From Octopus vulgaris (taxonomy: Eukaryota), in NCBI GenBank assembly GCA_951406725.2, contig OX597835.1:39494001-39558000 (forward strand): 64,000 nucleotides of DNA, written 5' to 3'. The notes under the pieces are model-generated. The model did not search any database and was not told the DNA's origin. It saw nothing but the letters and a program-made list of their open reading frames with translations. Made by a program: the position numbers and the translations under genes. Shown piece by piece: positions 1 to 13,313 of this stretch. Each line of letters begins with the position of its first letter. The stretch's first letter is position 1.

Positions 1-98
1 CTGTGGCTGTGGTATTAGCGCTGATGATGATGATGGTGGTAGTGGTGACAGCGGTGGCGCCGGTGATGATGGTGGCGGTGGTGCCGTTATTGTTGTAG

Positions 99-130
<32 letters not shown>

Positions 131-545
131 GGTGGTGGTGTTGGCGGCGGTGGCGCCGGTGATGATGGTGGCGGTGGTGCCGTTATTGTTGTAGTTGGTG
201 GTGGTGGTGGTTGTGGTGGTGGTGGTTTTGGCGGCGGTGACGGCGGCGGCGGTGACGGCGGCAGCGACTTTGGCGGCGGCGACTTGGTGATGATGATGAT
301 GATGATGATGATGATTATGGTGATGATGGTGATGACGTTGGTGGTGGTCGTGGTGGTGGTGGTGGTGGTGGTGGTGGCGGCGGTGGCGGCGGCGGCGACT
401 TTGGTGATGATGATGATGATGTTGATGGTGATGACGTTGGTAGTGGTGGTGGTGGTGGTGGTGGTGGTGGTGTTGGTGCTGGTGGTGTTGGTGCTGGTAC
501 AGGTGGTACAGGTGGTACAGGTGCTAACGATAATCAATAATAATA
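1..545. repeat. Compound (GGT)/(GAT)/(GGC) trinucleotide low-complexity tract
   Basis: Direct reading of the sequence; the poly-V/M ORF at 284-601 is its translation. Confidence 0.95.
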
Positions 546-931
546 AACTCCAAACCAATGAGATGATAATGTTGATTTTTATGTCAGAAAATTTGACTTA
601 ATTAGTCTTTTTTTTTTTGTTTTTAAATATTTTTGGATTCATTCGATGTGGATGTCTCCGATTGGATTCTCATTCGTGTGTGTTTATAGATGTACGTGTG
701 TATGTGTGTATGTGTGTATGTGTGTATGTGTGTATGTGGGTGTGTGGGGTGCTTGATATATGTTGCCCTTTTTTTAGAATTGTGTTTGCGCTTATTTGAA
801 TGTATCAAATATATGCCTATGTATACGCCTGTATATGTGTTTGCATGTTGTATTATGCATATGCCTGTATTTAATGCCTGTAATTTATATGCATATATAT
901 ATATATATATATAGATATATATATGTATATT

Positions 932-971
<40 letters not shown>

Positions 972-1000
972 CATATATGCTTCTTTCAGTTTCCGTCTAC

Positions 1001-1035
<35 letters not shown>

Positions 1036-1057
1036 TATATATATATATAGCTATGCA

Positions 1058-1111
<54 letters not shown>

Positions 1112-1137
1112 TAGAGAGATAGAGATTTGTAGATATG

Positions 1138-1171
<34 letters not shown>

Positions 1172-1957
1172 CTTTATCACAATCTTTAAACACGTATTCA
1201 AACATATTTTACCTTGTCAATATGTTTGCACATTCATGCTGTATACAAACCACCACAAACACTCATGAGATAAACATTAATAGAAAAACTTAATTTAAAA
1301 AAGATGTACTTTAATACAATTAGAAATTATTGAATTGTATCCTTTCAATTCAAAATCTCTGCACTGAAAAATATTCTCAGAGTGAATAATAAAAATGTTC
1401 ATTGAAGAAAAGACGAGTCAAATGAATGTTACGTGCGTTTCTATTAACGATCATCATTTATTTCATATTTCGTACAAAGTTATGTTCATCACTTCCTCAG
1501 ACATTATAATTGAATTTAAAATCATCGGTTTATGAAATATACTCGCAACTGTACGATTTTCACTGCTTTATTGGCGTGATCAACTGCAGGAAAATAGACA
1601 AACTGCAAATTTTAATTTATCCTATGAGCTCTGTATTATACTATATGTCTTGACATTCAACAGGAATTGAGTCAATGAAACAAAATAAAATTTCTCCACG
1701 GCCTGAACACGTCTTCGTCTCAGCGGCAACTTGGGCGATAAGAAATTCTCCTTCACTACATTTTATCACACACAGAGACAAAATAATTCCGGCTCTTTAC
1801 GTTTTGAGTTCGAATTCCACCGAGATCGACTTTGCATTTTACTCTTTTGGAGTCGATAAAATAAGTACTAGTTATATACTGTGGTCGATGTAATCGATTT
1901 ACCCCTCCCCTGAAATTTTTCTACCAAAATTTGAAGCTAATATTTTCTGCATTTAGA

Positions 1958-2160
1958 AAGCGGCGAGCTCGCAGAATCACTGGCACGCCGAGCAAAGTGC
2001 TTAGAAGAATTTCGTCCGTCTTTATGTTTTGAGTTCGAATTCCACCGAAGCTGACTTTGCCTTTCATTCTTCGAGGTTGATGAAATAAGTACCAGGCACT
2101 GGGGTCGATGTAATCCCTTAAAATTGTTGGCCGTGCACCAAAATTTGAAACCATTATTAC
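1958..2160 (+). mobile_element. SINE family B (tRNA-like head GGCGGCGAGCTGGCAGAA), degenerate copy with alternative tail; a second partial copy lies at about 1790-1925
   Basis: Head gcggcgagctcgcagaatc, B-box-like gagttcgaattcc and the central block ctttgcctttcattc...gataaaataagtacca shared with other B copies. Confidence 0.8.
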
Positions 2161-3751
2161 TAAGAAAATAAATCTTTCCACTCACGAGAGAAATCCAACA
2201 TTTACACCCAGCAACCTCTTCACAACAAGTTCATTTCCAGAGAACTCACAATTATAATATATAAAGAGTGCTGGTTATTTATAATCGCTCTACGTTATAA
2301 GAACATGGTCTTTAAAACAACAGCCTTGCTGTCATAATCCATCAACGACAATCCTAAGACACAAACCTCCTCTTAAAAGTAAATCAATATTCAATCTTGC
2401 TAGCACTATAATCTGAAGAAACCACTAAAAACCTTATTTATGTAAATTATTCCCTGTAACATCAATTATAGCTTTGAAAACATAAATTTCTTTCTGGTCC
2501 TTGCATTAATTTCCTTAATATATACATGCATTAATTATATACGCACATTAAAATTATAATCTTACACACCATAACTTTTATTATATCCTATCATCATATC
2601 AATATTGAATTCTCGACTGCTTGAGTAGTTAACTTTTTTTCTACCTTGCTTTATATCACCAATAACACTTGTTTCTCTATTATCTATTACCTTTTTTTTA
2701 CCCCATTTTTATTACCCCTTTATATTATTTCCCTCGTTCTCCCCCCATAGTTCTCCCCTTGCAACGCATTTTATTTGATTTATATGGTAAAAAACCCATA
2801 ATCTACTTACCATAACTTGTAGCAATTTATAAAACTTAACCAATTATTTACATCGTCCCACTTCTTCTATCACTCACGTTTACCATTTATTAAATTTGCA
2901 GAACATAAAACAAATTCCCCCTTAAAATATAACTAAAACAACTCTACTTTAAATAAATTTCTATACATAAATTGATTATCGCTACAAGCTACGAACATTA
3001 TCGGCTATTAGTAAATTTATTTTCCTTGCACATTAAATCCAATATTAAACTAATTTCACTCAACTTTCAAAACCATATTATCACTTATAACTGCTTCAAT
3101 TCAATGTCTCAGCCTCAATTTTTCCTTTAAATATCAATTTGCGTTAATCTTCCTTTCTTACTTTTTTTCTGTTTTTTAAATGGAGTTCTTCCTTAGACAT
3201 TTCAAGTCAGTTTTTGTGTGTTTTCGATAAGTACATTGAATTATATACACATATTCACTTTCTACACGACTCTAAAGCTTTACTTTCACATATTTTCTTT
3301 TCTGCTTTCGTCACCTTTGTATTTAATAACTCTTATTTATACGTACACTAAATCACGTTTAATGGACAACTAAAATCCTTTCGAATGCTTCGAATGCATT
3401 AAAAACAAGTGTTTTACATAATCACATGTTTAATTTCCTCTAATTCCTTCTACTAATATACAATATCCAAGGAGCATTTGTCCCGAGAAAAACAAAAGAA
3501 GAACGAAAACACGAGAATAACGAACAAAGATCTGCACGTTTCGTACAATGGTCCAGCATCAAGGCTGTAAACAGACGAAAAAAAGAAGAAAGTGAGAAAG
3601 CAGCGTCGTTCCAGGGAAGACAACATGGCGAACGGAAGAAATAATGGAAATGGTAATGGCAGAGTGAAATTGTGTTGAATAGTCTTTTACAGAGGAAAAT
3701 AAACAGAACAGAGTAAGATAAGGAAGAAAACATTGGGAGTATTAGAGAAAG

Positions 3752-4000
3752 AGGCGGCGAGCTGGCCAAGGTGGTGAGCTGGCAGACACGTTAGCACGCC
3801 GGGCGAAATGCTTAGCGGTAGTTCGTCTGTCGTTACGTTCTGAGTTCAAATTCCGCCGAGGTCAACTTTGCATTTCAACCTTTCGGGGTCGATAAATAAA
3901 GTGCCAGTTTCGCACTGGGGGCGATATAATCGAATTACTCCCTTCGTCTGTCCTTGTTTGTCCCCTCTATGTTTAGCCCCTTGTGGGCAGTAAAGAAATA
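3752..4000 (+). mobile_element. SINE family B, near full length, with a duplicated head start
   Basis: ggcggcgagctggcc-aaggtggtgagctggcagacacgttagcacgccggg through gccccttgtgggcagtaaagaaata; aligns with 13466-13699 and 62636-62868. Confidence 0.9.
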
Positions 4001-4149
4001 TATTAGAGGAAGAGCAAAATGGTGTTATGTATGTGTGAGTATATGAGTATCAGTGTCAGTGCATGTATGTATATAACATGTGTGTGTGTGTGTGTATGCT
4101 TGTGTGTATATATGTATGTATGTGTGTTTGTATGTACGTATGATTGTAT

Positions 4150-4490
4150 GTGAAAGCGCGTGGATCAGTGGTTAGAGCGTCGGGCTCACAATCACGAGGT
4201 AGTGAGTTCGATTCCAGGGCCGGGCTGTATGTTGTGTCCCTGAGCAAGACACTTTATTTCACGTTACTCGAGTTCACTAATCTGTAGAAATGAGTTGTGA
4301 CGTCACTGGTGCCAAGCTGTATCGGCCCCTTTGCTTTTCCCTTGGATAACATCAGTGGCATGGTGAGGTGGGGGTTTAATATACATAGGCAACTGTCAGA
4401 CAACCTTGCTCGGACTTGTGCCTCGGAGGGGAACTTTCTAGGTGCAATCCCATGGTCATTCACGATAGTATGGAAATGTGTAGGAATGTA
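4150..4490 (+). mobile_element. SINE family C (tRNA head plus CORE-like central domain)
   Basis: A-box-like ggatcagtggttagagcg, B-box gagttcgattcc and central gttgtgtccctgagcaagacactttatttcacg...tgtagaaatgag; matches minus-strand copies at 32.7-33.2 kb and 61.7-62.1 kb. The CORE assignment is from recall. Confidence 0.85.
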
Positions 4491-4503
4491 TGTTTGTATG
4501 TAT

Positions 4504-4881
4504 ACTCTTTGACTCTTTTACTTTTTTCAGCCATCTGACTGCGACCATGCTGGAGCACCGCCGTTAGTCGAGCAATCGATCCCAGGACTTATTCTTTGCC
4601 GAATAGCTAAGTTACGGGCACGTAAACACATCACTATCGGTTGTCAAGCGATGCTAGGGGGACAAACACAGATACACAAACATATACATACACGTACATA
4701 CATATATATACATATATACGAAGGGCTTCTTTCAGTTTCCGTCTACCAAATCCACTCACAAGGCTTTGGTCGGCCCGAGGCTATAGTAGTAGACACTTGC
4801 CCAAGGTGCCACGCAGTGGGAATGAACCCGGAACAATGTGATTGGTAAGCAAGCTACTTACCACACAGCCACTCCTACGCC
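4504..4881 (-). mobile_element. SINE family A (head GGCGCAGGAGTGGCTGTGTGGTAAG, internal TA/CA microsatellite, (GAGTAAAA)n tail)
   Basis: Reverse complement aligns end to end with the copies at 49284-49692 and 55267-55665. Confidence 0.9.
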
Positions 4882-5473
4882 TATATATGTTTGTAAGTAT
4901 GTATATTTGTATACATATTTGTATATTTGTATGTATTTTTACAACAAAAATTTATGGCTGATTTAGCGAAACGCTAATGCGTATATCAAAACCAAATATA
5001 AACAGCTAAGCGCAATGTAACCCCATAAAGGAAGCATTCTATCGCCACTAGTTGTGGTAAAAATATATACACTAGCAGCCAGATTTAGCCAAGTCATCGA
5101 GCGTTTGAGTAACAATTACAGACGAGCCTGTGACTGATGCTCGTGGAGCGGTTACGTCCCCTGTCGGTATATGTATATATTGCGCGCTTCTTACAACATT
5201 AAGAGCTTTAAACTCCTAGTTCTTGTAATGTAGGTTCTTCAGCACCCTCAGTCACAATTAGTGCCGATAAAGTTTTTCCTTTGTAGTATTCTTTAGGGCC
5301 TAGCTTTTTATATTACTCATACATACATGCAAACATACATACATACGTACAAGCACACATACATATGTATGCGTGTATGTGCGTGTGTATGTACATACAT
5401 GCATGCATACATACATACGTACGTGCGTACACATACACACATACACACACACATACACAAATGCACATATATA

Positions 5474-6430
5474 TTGGGCTGGCAAAAAAGTAATTTTTTT
5501 TTTTGCAAATAGATAAAGTTACGATTTTTAATGACTTTTGTGAATGTTATGATTTTTTCCTGTTGATATTTGTTAGCCGTTACTTTTAGTTTACCCTAGA
5601 AACAAATTGCGCGTAATTTTGTTTACAGCTGTTAGTTCAGTGTAACTTTTTACATGGAGTGCAAAAACGAACATTTTCGCCATATTTTGCTTTTTTATTT
5701 CCATGAAGGCAAGAAAGCTGCTGAGGCTCACAAAGAGATATGCGAAATTTATGGTGTTGATTGCTTAACAGAATGCACCTGTCAGAAATGGTTTTAAAAA
5801 TTCCGTTCTGGAGATTTTTCATACAAAGATGACCAACGTTCTGGTCGACCTGTTGAAGTTGATGATGACCGAATTAAAGTCATAATTGAATCTGATTGTG
5901 ATAAAACTGTGCGAGAGATTGCAGAGAGGTTAAATGTATCACACAAAACTGAAAATCACTTAAAATGTCTGGGACTCGTTAAGAACCTCGATATTTGGGT
6001 GCCACATAAATTGAAAGAGATTCACTTAACACAACGAATCAATATTTGTGATCTGCATCTCAAACGCAATGAAATCGACCTTTTTTTTTTTTAAACGAAT
6101 TATCACTGGAGATGAAAAATGGCTTGCCTACAAGTGTAATGAACTAGCACAAACCACATTGAAAGCTAAATTGCATAAAAAAAGGTCATGCTGTCAATTT
6201 GGTGGGATTACAAAGATGTTGTGTATTTTGAGCTGCTTCCAAGAGACCAAACGATCAATTCAGATGTTTACTGTCAACAACTAAGGAAACTGGTGGTAGT
6301 AATCAAAGAAAACCGTCCAGAATTGGCAAATCGTAAAGGAATCATGTTCCACCATGACAACGCTAGATCACACGTTTTTGCGAACTCGTGAAAAATTATT
6401 GGAGCTTGGTTGAGAAGTGATGTCATATGT
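5474..6430 (+). mobile_element. Decayed mariner transposon, 3'-truncated; transposase pseudogene from ATG 5654
   Basis: TA followed by TIR-like ttgggctggcaaaaaagtaatt. Translation MECKNEHFRHILLFYF...RSGRP...WVPHKL...RIITGDEKW...MLSIWWD...FHHDNARSH contains the mariner WVPHEL, TGDEKW and HDNA motifs, with stops and frameshifts. Confidence 0.93.
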
Positions 6431-6489
6431 GTGTATGTGTATTAAAAAAGAGGATCAAATGTCTTTCCCGAATCATAGACTAATAAGGC

Positions 6490-6675
6490 CGGTTTCCTAG
6501 ATTCTGCCCTTGGATGGGACGCCGGTCTGTCGGAGTACTGCTTATTTCTGCCAGCTGAGTGAACTGAAGCAACGTGCAATAAAATGTTTTGCTCAAAAAC
6601 ATATCGCATCTCCCGGTGCAGGAATGTAAACCACGATCATCAGTCCAACACCCTAACCACGAAACCACGCTTCTC
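6490..6675 (-). mobile_element. SINE family C, degenerate
   Basis: cagctgagtgaactgaagcaacgtgcaataaaatgttttgctcaa is the reverse complement of the family C central domain. Confidence 0.7.
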
Positions 6676-6681
6676 CGCATA

Positions 6682-7569
6682 CGTGGTCCGATCAATAAGT
6701 ATCCGGACTGTTGCCATAGTAACGAAGCTAAAGTTCGCCGATTAAAGCCGCTTGGCACTGATTGACCTTGAATGCTGCTGTGCATGCGCACTAAATTTTA
6801 ACGTTCTAGCTCACTTCCGCTATTACAATAGTGCTTGGAAGGAACGTGTGTAACGTGTGATCGTCGCATTGACCATGACTGAGAAAGTTGAGCAGAGAAT
6901 CTGCATCAAATTTTGCCAAAAGCTTGGCGATACCTGATCAGAGGCCTACGCAAAGTTTTCAAAATCTTTTCACCGTTCTCAACACAATCAAAGAGATCTT
7001 GTGCAACTGAAACCTGAGTGTCTTTTTGGGCAGCTGAAAACAGTTTTGGCACAAACTTGGCAGACATGCGTCTCATACCCAAATCTTCAGTGATAAAGGA
7101 CAGAACTGAACCGTAACTCACCTGCACATCTTCCGATAACTCACGGATTGCGAATCGATGATTTTTCACTCACAGCTGCACAAACATCTGCGATTTTTTC
7201 TGACTTCTACTGATTGCAGCTGTCTCAGAACATTCGTCAATATCGATATTTTTCGGCCATATTGGAAACGTCTGAACTACTCGTACACTTGTGTGCAGCT
7301 CATAAACTCCTCTCCATACACTTTCAGCAGCTTTGCGTAGGCCTCTGAGCAGGTATCACCATGACAACTTTCTCTGTCATGGTCAGTGCAACGATCACTT
7401 GCTACACACCTTCCTTCCAAACTCTGCTGTAAACAGCCGAAGTAAGCTAGAACGTTAAAACTTAGTGCGCATACAGAGCAGCGTTCAAAGTCAATTTTTG
7501 TGGCTTCACTCTGCATGCTTTAGCTTCGTTACTACGCCAACAGTCCGGATACTTATTGATCATACAATG
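6682..7569. mobile_element. Foldback mariner derivative (irritans-like) with two 5' ends facing inward
   Basis: Left arm 6682-6955 (TIR cgtggtccgatcaataagtatccggact, UTR, ATG 6875 MTEKVEQRICIKFC) is an inverted copy of the right end. The minus strand encodes ...HRFAIRELSEDVQVSYGSV...MSAKFVPKL. Confidence 0.88.
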
Positions 7570-7989
7570 CAAAAAAAAAAAAACAGACCCAAGAGGTAGT
7601 ACTAACTATATTAACTTTAAATATCGTTTTTATGTTGTTAATACATTTTGTTTATATTTCATCACTCGTGACGTCTGCCGTAGCCCCAAATCATAATCGT
7701 GATTAAGAGTTGAGCAGTTTGAGTGATTAATACATTAAGAAGACTTAATTTGAAATTGTTGAATTCCAAAGTCTTATTGCCACAAATGCACGCGTGCACA
7801 CATATACATACACATGAATGTATTATATACATATACAAGTATGTATATATATAACTAACACTACGGGATTCCTGAAGTAGTTCCAACTGCGGATGACACC
7901 AGATAGCCCAAACTGTGCCAGTGCTTTACTCAACACATCAGCGCACTAACTGACATATACACATTAGTCTAAAAAATTACACACACACA

Positions 7990-8029
<40 letters not shown>

Positions 8030-8160
8030 AATACACTTCCGTGATAATGGTTTATATGGCATAATATTAGACTAGGCTTATAATTCTATTTACAAAATTT
8101 CACTCGTCACCGTTTCCTAATTCACGCAGAATTCGCGCATGCTTATATATATATATATGC

Positions 8161-8296
<136 letters not shown>

Positions 8297-8355
8297 GCGT
8301 TATATAAGTGCACGTGTGAGTACATTATATAATATATTTATGATATACACACGTA

Positions 8356-8825
8356 CGCATGCGTGGCTTTGCGGTAAAAAGGTTGCTTCCCAACCACATG
8401 TTTCTGGGTTCAGTCCCACTGCGTGCCACCTTGGACGAGTTTCTCCTACTATAGGCTCGAGCTGTCCAAAGACTTGTGAGTGGTTTTCGAAGACGGAAAC
8501 TAAAAGAAGCCTGTCATACACACACACAAACATATATATGCATATATATATGCATGTAAGCGTGTATATATTTCTGTGTGTGCTTGTGTGTGTGTCTCTG
8601 TGTCTGTGTTTGTCACCCCATTAGCGCTTCATAACTTGTGTTGGTGTGTTTACGTCCCCGTATCATTAGCGGTTTGGCAAAAGAGACCGATAGAATAAGT
8701 ACTAGGCTTTAAAAATATATTGGGGTCGATTTGCTCGACTAAAAACAAAACAAAAAAAAAACATTCAAGGTGGTGCTCTAGCATGGCCGCAGTCAAATAC
8801 CTGAAACAAATAAAAGAATTAAAGG
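8356..8825 (+). mobile_element. SINE family A, diverged full-length copy
   Basis: Head, cttggacgagtttctcctactatag body, internal microsatellite and gcatggccgcagtcaaat tail. Confidence 0.85.
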
Positions 8826-8914
8826 ATATATATATATATATATATACATGCATACATACACATATATATTTATACATATACATATGCGTATATATATACA
8901 TATATATGTATGTA

Positions 8915-8964
<50 letters not shown>

Positions 8965-9105
8965 ATTCATCCGTGTGACCTACTATATATATATATATAT
9001 ATATATGAGTGGGTGTCTACCTCTGCTTATGTATATATACATCTATACGCAAACGCATCTATATATACATAGATAGATATACACTCATATACATATGCGT
9101 GTGTG

Positions 9106-9150
<45 letters not shown>

Positions 9151-9297
9151 GCGTATGTATTTACATACTGTATGTTTGTGTCTATACATGTACGTTTGCA
9201 TGTATGTGTCTGTATACGTTCGTATGTGTAGGACTGCATACAATCTCTATACGCGTGTACATACATATAATTATATATGCACTTTTGCATTATATAT

Positions 9298-9330
<33 letters not shown>

Positions 9331-9887
9331 CTTTTGTATGTATAAGAGATCATATGATAACTTCGCAGCTGTGAATTGTACTTGATCACAGGCTCTCTCA
9401 CACACACAACAACAAACTAGCTAACTGGTACCCGTATATGTTATATACGGGTATGAACTGGTTGCTATATGTTTGTTTGTCTGCACAGGAAATATCTACC
9501 CGGAAACCCGTCGCCAAGCTCTCTTTGCACCTATTGTTGTTGACAGTAAAAGCCGTTTTATCTCAAAATATAGCTCTTATGTATACGGGTATGTGTGTGT
9601 GTGTCTGTATGTGTGTTTGCGTATCCGTATTTATTTATTTCTATCTGTATGTATATGTATGAGTGTGTGTGTGTGTGTGTGGGGGGGGTGATATTCTTTT
9701 ATTCTTTTACTTGTTTTAGTCATTTGACTGCGGTCATGCTGGAGCATCACTGTGAAGTGTTTTAGTCGAGGAAGTCGAGCCTAGAACTTATATTTAAGCC
9801 AAGTTGTGAAGCGATGATGGGGTGGACAAACACAGAGACAAAGACACACACATCCATACATACACACATACACACACACACACACAC

Positions 9888-9943
<56 letters not shown>

Positions 9944-10235
9944 CAGCACACACAGACGTATATATATATATATATTGAAATAAACTGAATAATGATATAC
10001 ATACATTCATACATAAATACATCCATATATACATACATACATACATGCATACAAACATGCATACATACATCCATCCATCCATCCATCCATACATACATAC
10101 ATACATACATACAAACATACATACATACATACATACATACATACATGCATCCATACATACATCCATCCATACATACATACATCCATACATACATACATAC
10201 ATCCATCCATCCATACATACATACATACATACATA

Positions 10236-11108
10236 CGAGGTGGTATGAAAAGGTTCCCGAATTAGCAATGTTTAATAAAAAAAATAATTAATTTACTTAA
10301 GCTTTAGCATCATCTCCTTGGAAATAGTCACCTTGCGCAACAATACACTGGTCCTAGCGATCCTGCTGCTTTCGGAATCTGGCCCTCAAGTCGTGTTCCG
10401 TAAGCGAGTCGAGCATCTTCTACGATTCGGTCTTGATTTTGACAATGTTAAAACAGCGACCTTTGAGCTGCCTTTTCATCTTGGGGAAGAGATGGAATTT
10501 CGCAGGTGCTAAATCTGGCGAAAAGGGCGGAAGCAGAAGCGTTACCATATTGTTTTTTGGCGAGAAACTCACGAGTGTAGAGAACTCGTAGAAGATCCAC
10601 AGATCCGGTCGCTTTCGCCGAATGTCCTCCCTCCAACGTTTCAAAATATCGCACAAGAACTCTCGATTGACGGTGTGGCCGCGGGGCACAAATTCTCGAT
10701 GCACAATACCATATTTCTGTAGGCGGGGTGACGCTCGTGACAGGTCTTCCAGATTTCTCATCGCCTTTTATGGACGTTCTTCTGCTTTTGAAATGCCCGT
10801 GCCACTCGAAACATTGCCTTATAGCTGCAACCTTGCTGAAGCATGCTCACTGTTCCTGTAGCAGACTTTCCAAGTTTAATGCAAAATTCCGTTGGGTTTT
10901 TGATCCAATTTCCTATCCATGACAAAAATCGCAGACTACACGTAATCACAAAAACACAAATTTCACAACTTGCAAAATAAACACAGTAATGTCACTCGGC
11001 ACACTTCCACATGAAGGTTACTGTAAGCTCTCACTGCACATGCAACCGTGTGCTGCCATCTGTTGGCACGCTACGGAACTGGTCTGGGACGTTTTTGACA
11101 CCATCTCA
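10236..11108 (-). mobile_element. Internally deleted mariner (irritans-like) with both TIRs and TA target duplication
   Basis: TA|cgaggtggtatgaaaaggttccc at the left and gggacgtttttgacaccatctca|TA at the right. The minus strand encodes GIVHREFVPRGHTVN...PPFSPDLAPAKFHLFPKMK. Confidence 0.92.
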
Positions 11109-11260
11109 TATAAAATCTGTTCTGTTTGTCTGTGTGTTTTCTCGGATCTGGCGCATCCTCCATCCGATTGCGCTCAAATTTGATATGTAGATACAGACGG
11201 TATCAGGGTGTATATAAGTCTTGTATATGTAAATGTAATACACACACACACACACATATA
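11109..11260 (+). mobile_element. Possible Helitron-like non-autonomous 5' end
   Basis: tataaaatctgttctgtttgtctgtgtgttttctcgg...ccgattgcgctcaaatttgatatgtag resembles the ctgtctgt...ccgatt...aaattt pattern of Helitron-derived elements (recalled similarity only). Confidence 0.4.
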
Positions 11261-12433
11261 TATATATAGGTATACAGAACTGCATGCGCATGCTTTAATA
11301 TATTTATAGATGCCGTTGCGATTGTTGTCTTTGGTGAGTTTCATCCGTTTCTTTATTTGATTACGAAAATCTTATCACGATCACCACTACCACCACCACA
11401 CTACTACCGCCCCATCATCGCCACTTTCATTGTCATTATGATCAACAGAATTATCGTCCGCATCATCATCGTCGCCATGATGATTATCATCATCACCGTC
11501 TTCATCATCTTCGTTGCCGTCGTCGTCATCATTACCATCACCATCATCCTTATAACAATCACCGTCATCATCATTGTCGTCGTCCTCTTTGTCGTCGTTA
11601 TCCATATCAACATCGTTGTCGTCATCGCCTCTGTTGTCGTCATTGTTCTCCTCCTCATCAACATCGTTACCATCATTGTTCCATTTACTTAAGGTATCAT
11701 TACCAATATCAGCAACTGCGGCAACAAGAACTCTAAACATTAGTTAGCACGACAACAACAACAACAACAATAAAGCGTAAGCAACTAAGTCTTTACCTTT
11801 GCCTTCATTAAATCCAGGTAGGTAATGTAATTCTCTTACCTCAATCCTATCTTTTTCTTCCAGATTTTTTCTCCCTTAATCTGCTTTAGAGTTCATACCA
11901 GTATGGCCGACATAGAAATTGACGCCTCAAGACGCAGACGACATATATGCTGTCGTCTGCTATAGCAATGACGCCACCCGGATATTCAATATTATACTTA
12001 AACATGACGGCTACAACCAAACCTTAGAAAAAGATTTAAAAAAAAGGTAAAGGCACATACAGACATGCACACAACGTCGTGACCGTACTCCCCTCATCTT
12101 CTAAATATACAGTCTCACCTTCCACTCACAACCTACTCCTAAATATGCACCCTTTAAATACATATAATGAGAGGTAGATTGGTTTGGAAGAGGCGTGAAG
12201 TGTGGTGTGATCTGAGTGATGAATATATTTATCAGCTCTCTCTCCCTCTTTCTCTCTCACTCTCTTTCTCACTCTTTATCACTCTCCTTCTCTCCCTCTT
12301 TTCCTCTCTCACTCTCTTCTATCTCCCTCTCTTATCACTCTTTCTCTTTCTCTCATTCTCTTGATTTTTCTTCGTTTAACTTCATTTGTCAATCAGGCTG
12401 CCTATCCATGTCTGGTCTGTCTGTCTGTCTATC

Positions 12434-12478
<45 letters not shown>

Positions 12479-12554
12479 GTACACACACATACACGCACAC
12501 TCACATATACACCACACTCACACACACATATAAAGAGAGAAACATTTATATTTT

Positions 12555-13256
12555 TTTATTCTTTTATTTGTTTCAGTCATTTGACTGCGGCCTTGGTGGA
12601 GCACCGCCTTTAGTCGAACAAATCGACCCCAGGAGGTATTCTTTGTAAGCCTCGTACTTATTCTATCGGTCTTTTGTGTCGAGCCGCAAAGTTATGGGAA
12701 CGCAAACACACTAGCATCGGTTGTCAAGTGATGATGGGGGGGACAAACACAGACACACAAACATACACCCCCCACATATGTATATAAGCATATATATATA
12801 TATATATATATATTTCAACAATTGAGGGTAAAATTAATTAATTAATCAATTTCACCAAGTATTCAGTATGCAAAGGGACCATTTAAGGCGAATTCAAATT
12901 ATTACATTATATAAAAGGGCTTAGTAAAATAAATTACTTTGCCGCATACTGAACTCATTAGAAATAGCAGCTAAAAAACTTTTTTAAAACTATTTCCAAT
13001 ACTTAAAGAAAATCTCTCTCGTATAGTGTTTGCTCAATTCAACTCACGAAAGTATGAGGGTAGAAACATTAAAAAATCAAATAACCTTTGCATTTGATTT
13101 TTTAATGTTTCTACCCTCATACTTTCGTGAGTTGAATTGAGCAAACACTATACGAGAGAGATTTTCTTTAAGTATTGGAAATAGTTTTAAAAAGTTTTTT
13201 TAGCTGCTATTTCTAATGAGTTCAGTATGCGGCAAAGTAATTTATTTTACTAAGCC

Positions 13257-13313
<57 letters not shown>

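Noticed and set aside
4150-4225. tRNA-like sequences with A and B boxes (also at 33130, 55120 and 61410)
   Set aside because: They continue into SINE bodies and lack a complete cloverleaf or acceptor stem, so they are SINE heads rather than tRNA genes.
11934-11960. Perfect 10-bp hairpin gcagacgaca-tatatgc-tgtcgtctgc as a Helitron 3' end or terminator
   Set aside because: There is no CTRR terminus at the expected distance and no U-tract; an isolated short hairpin is not informative.
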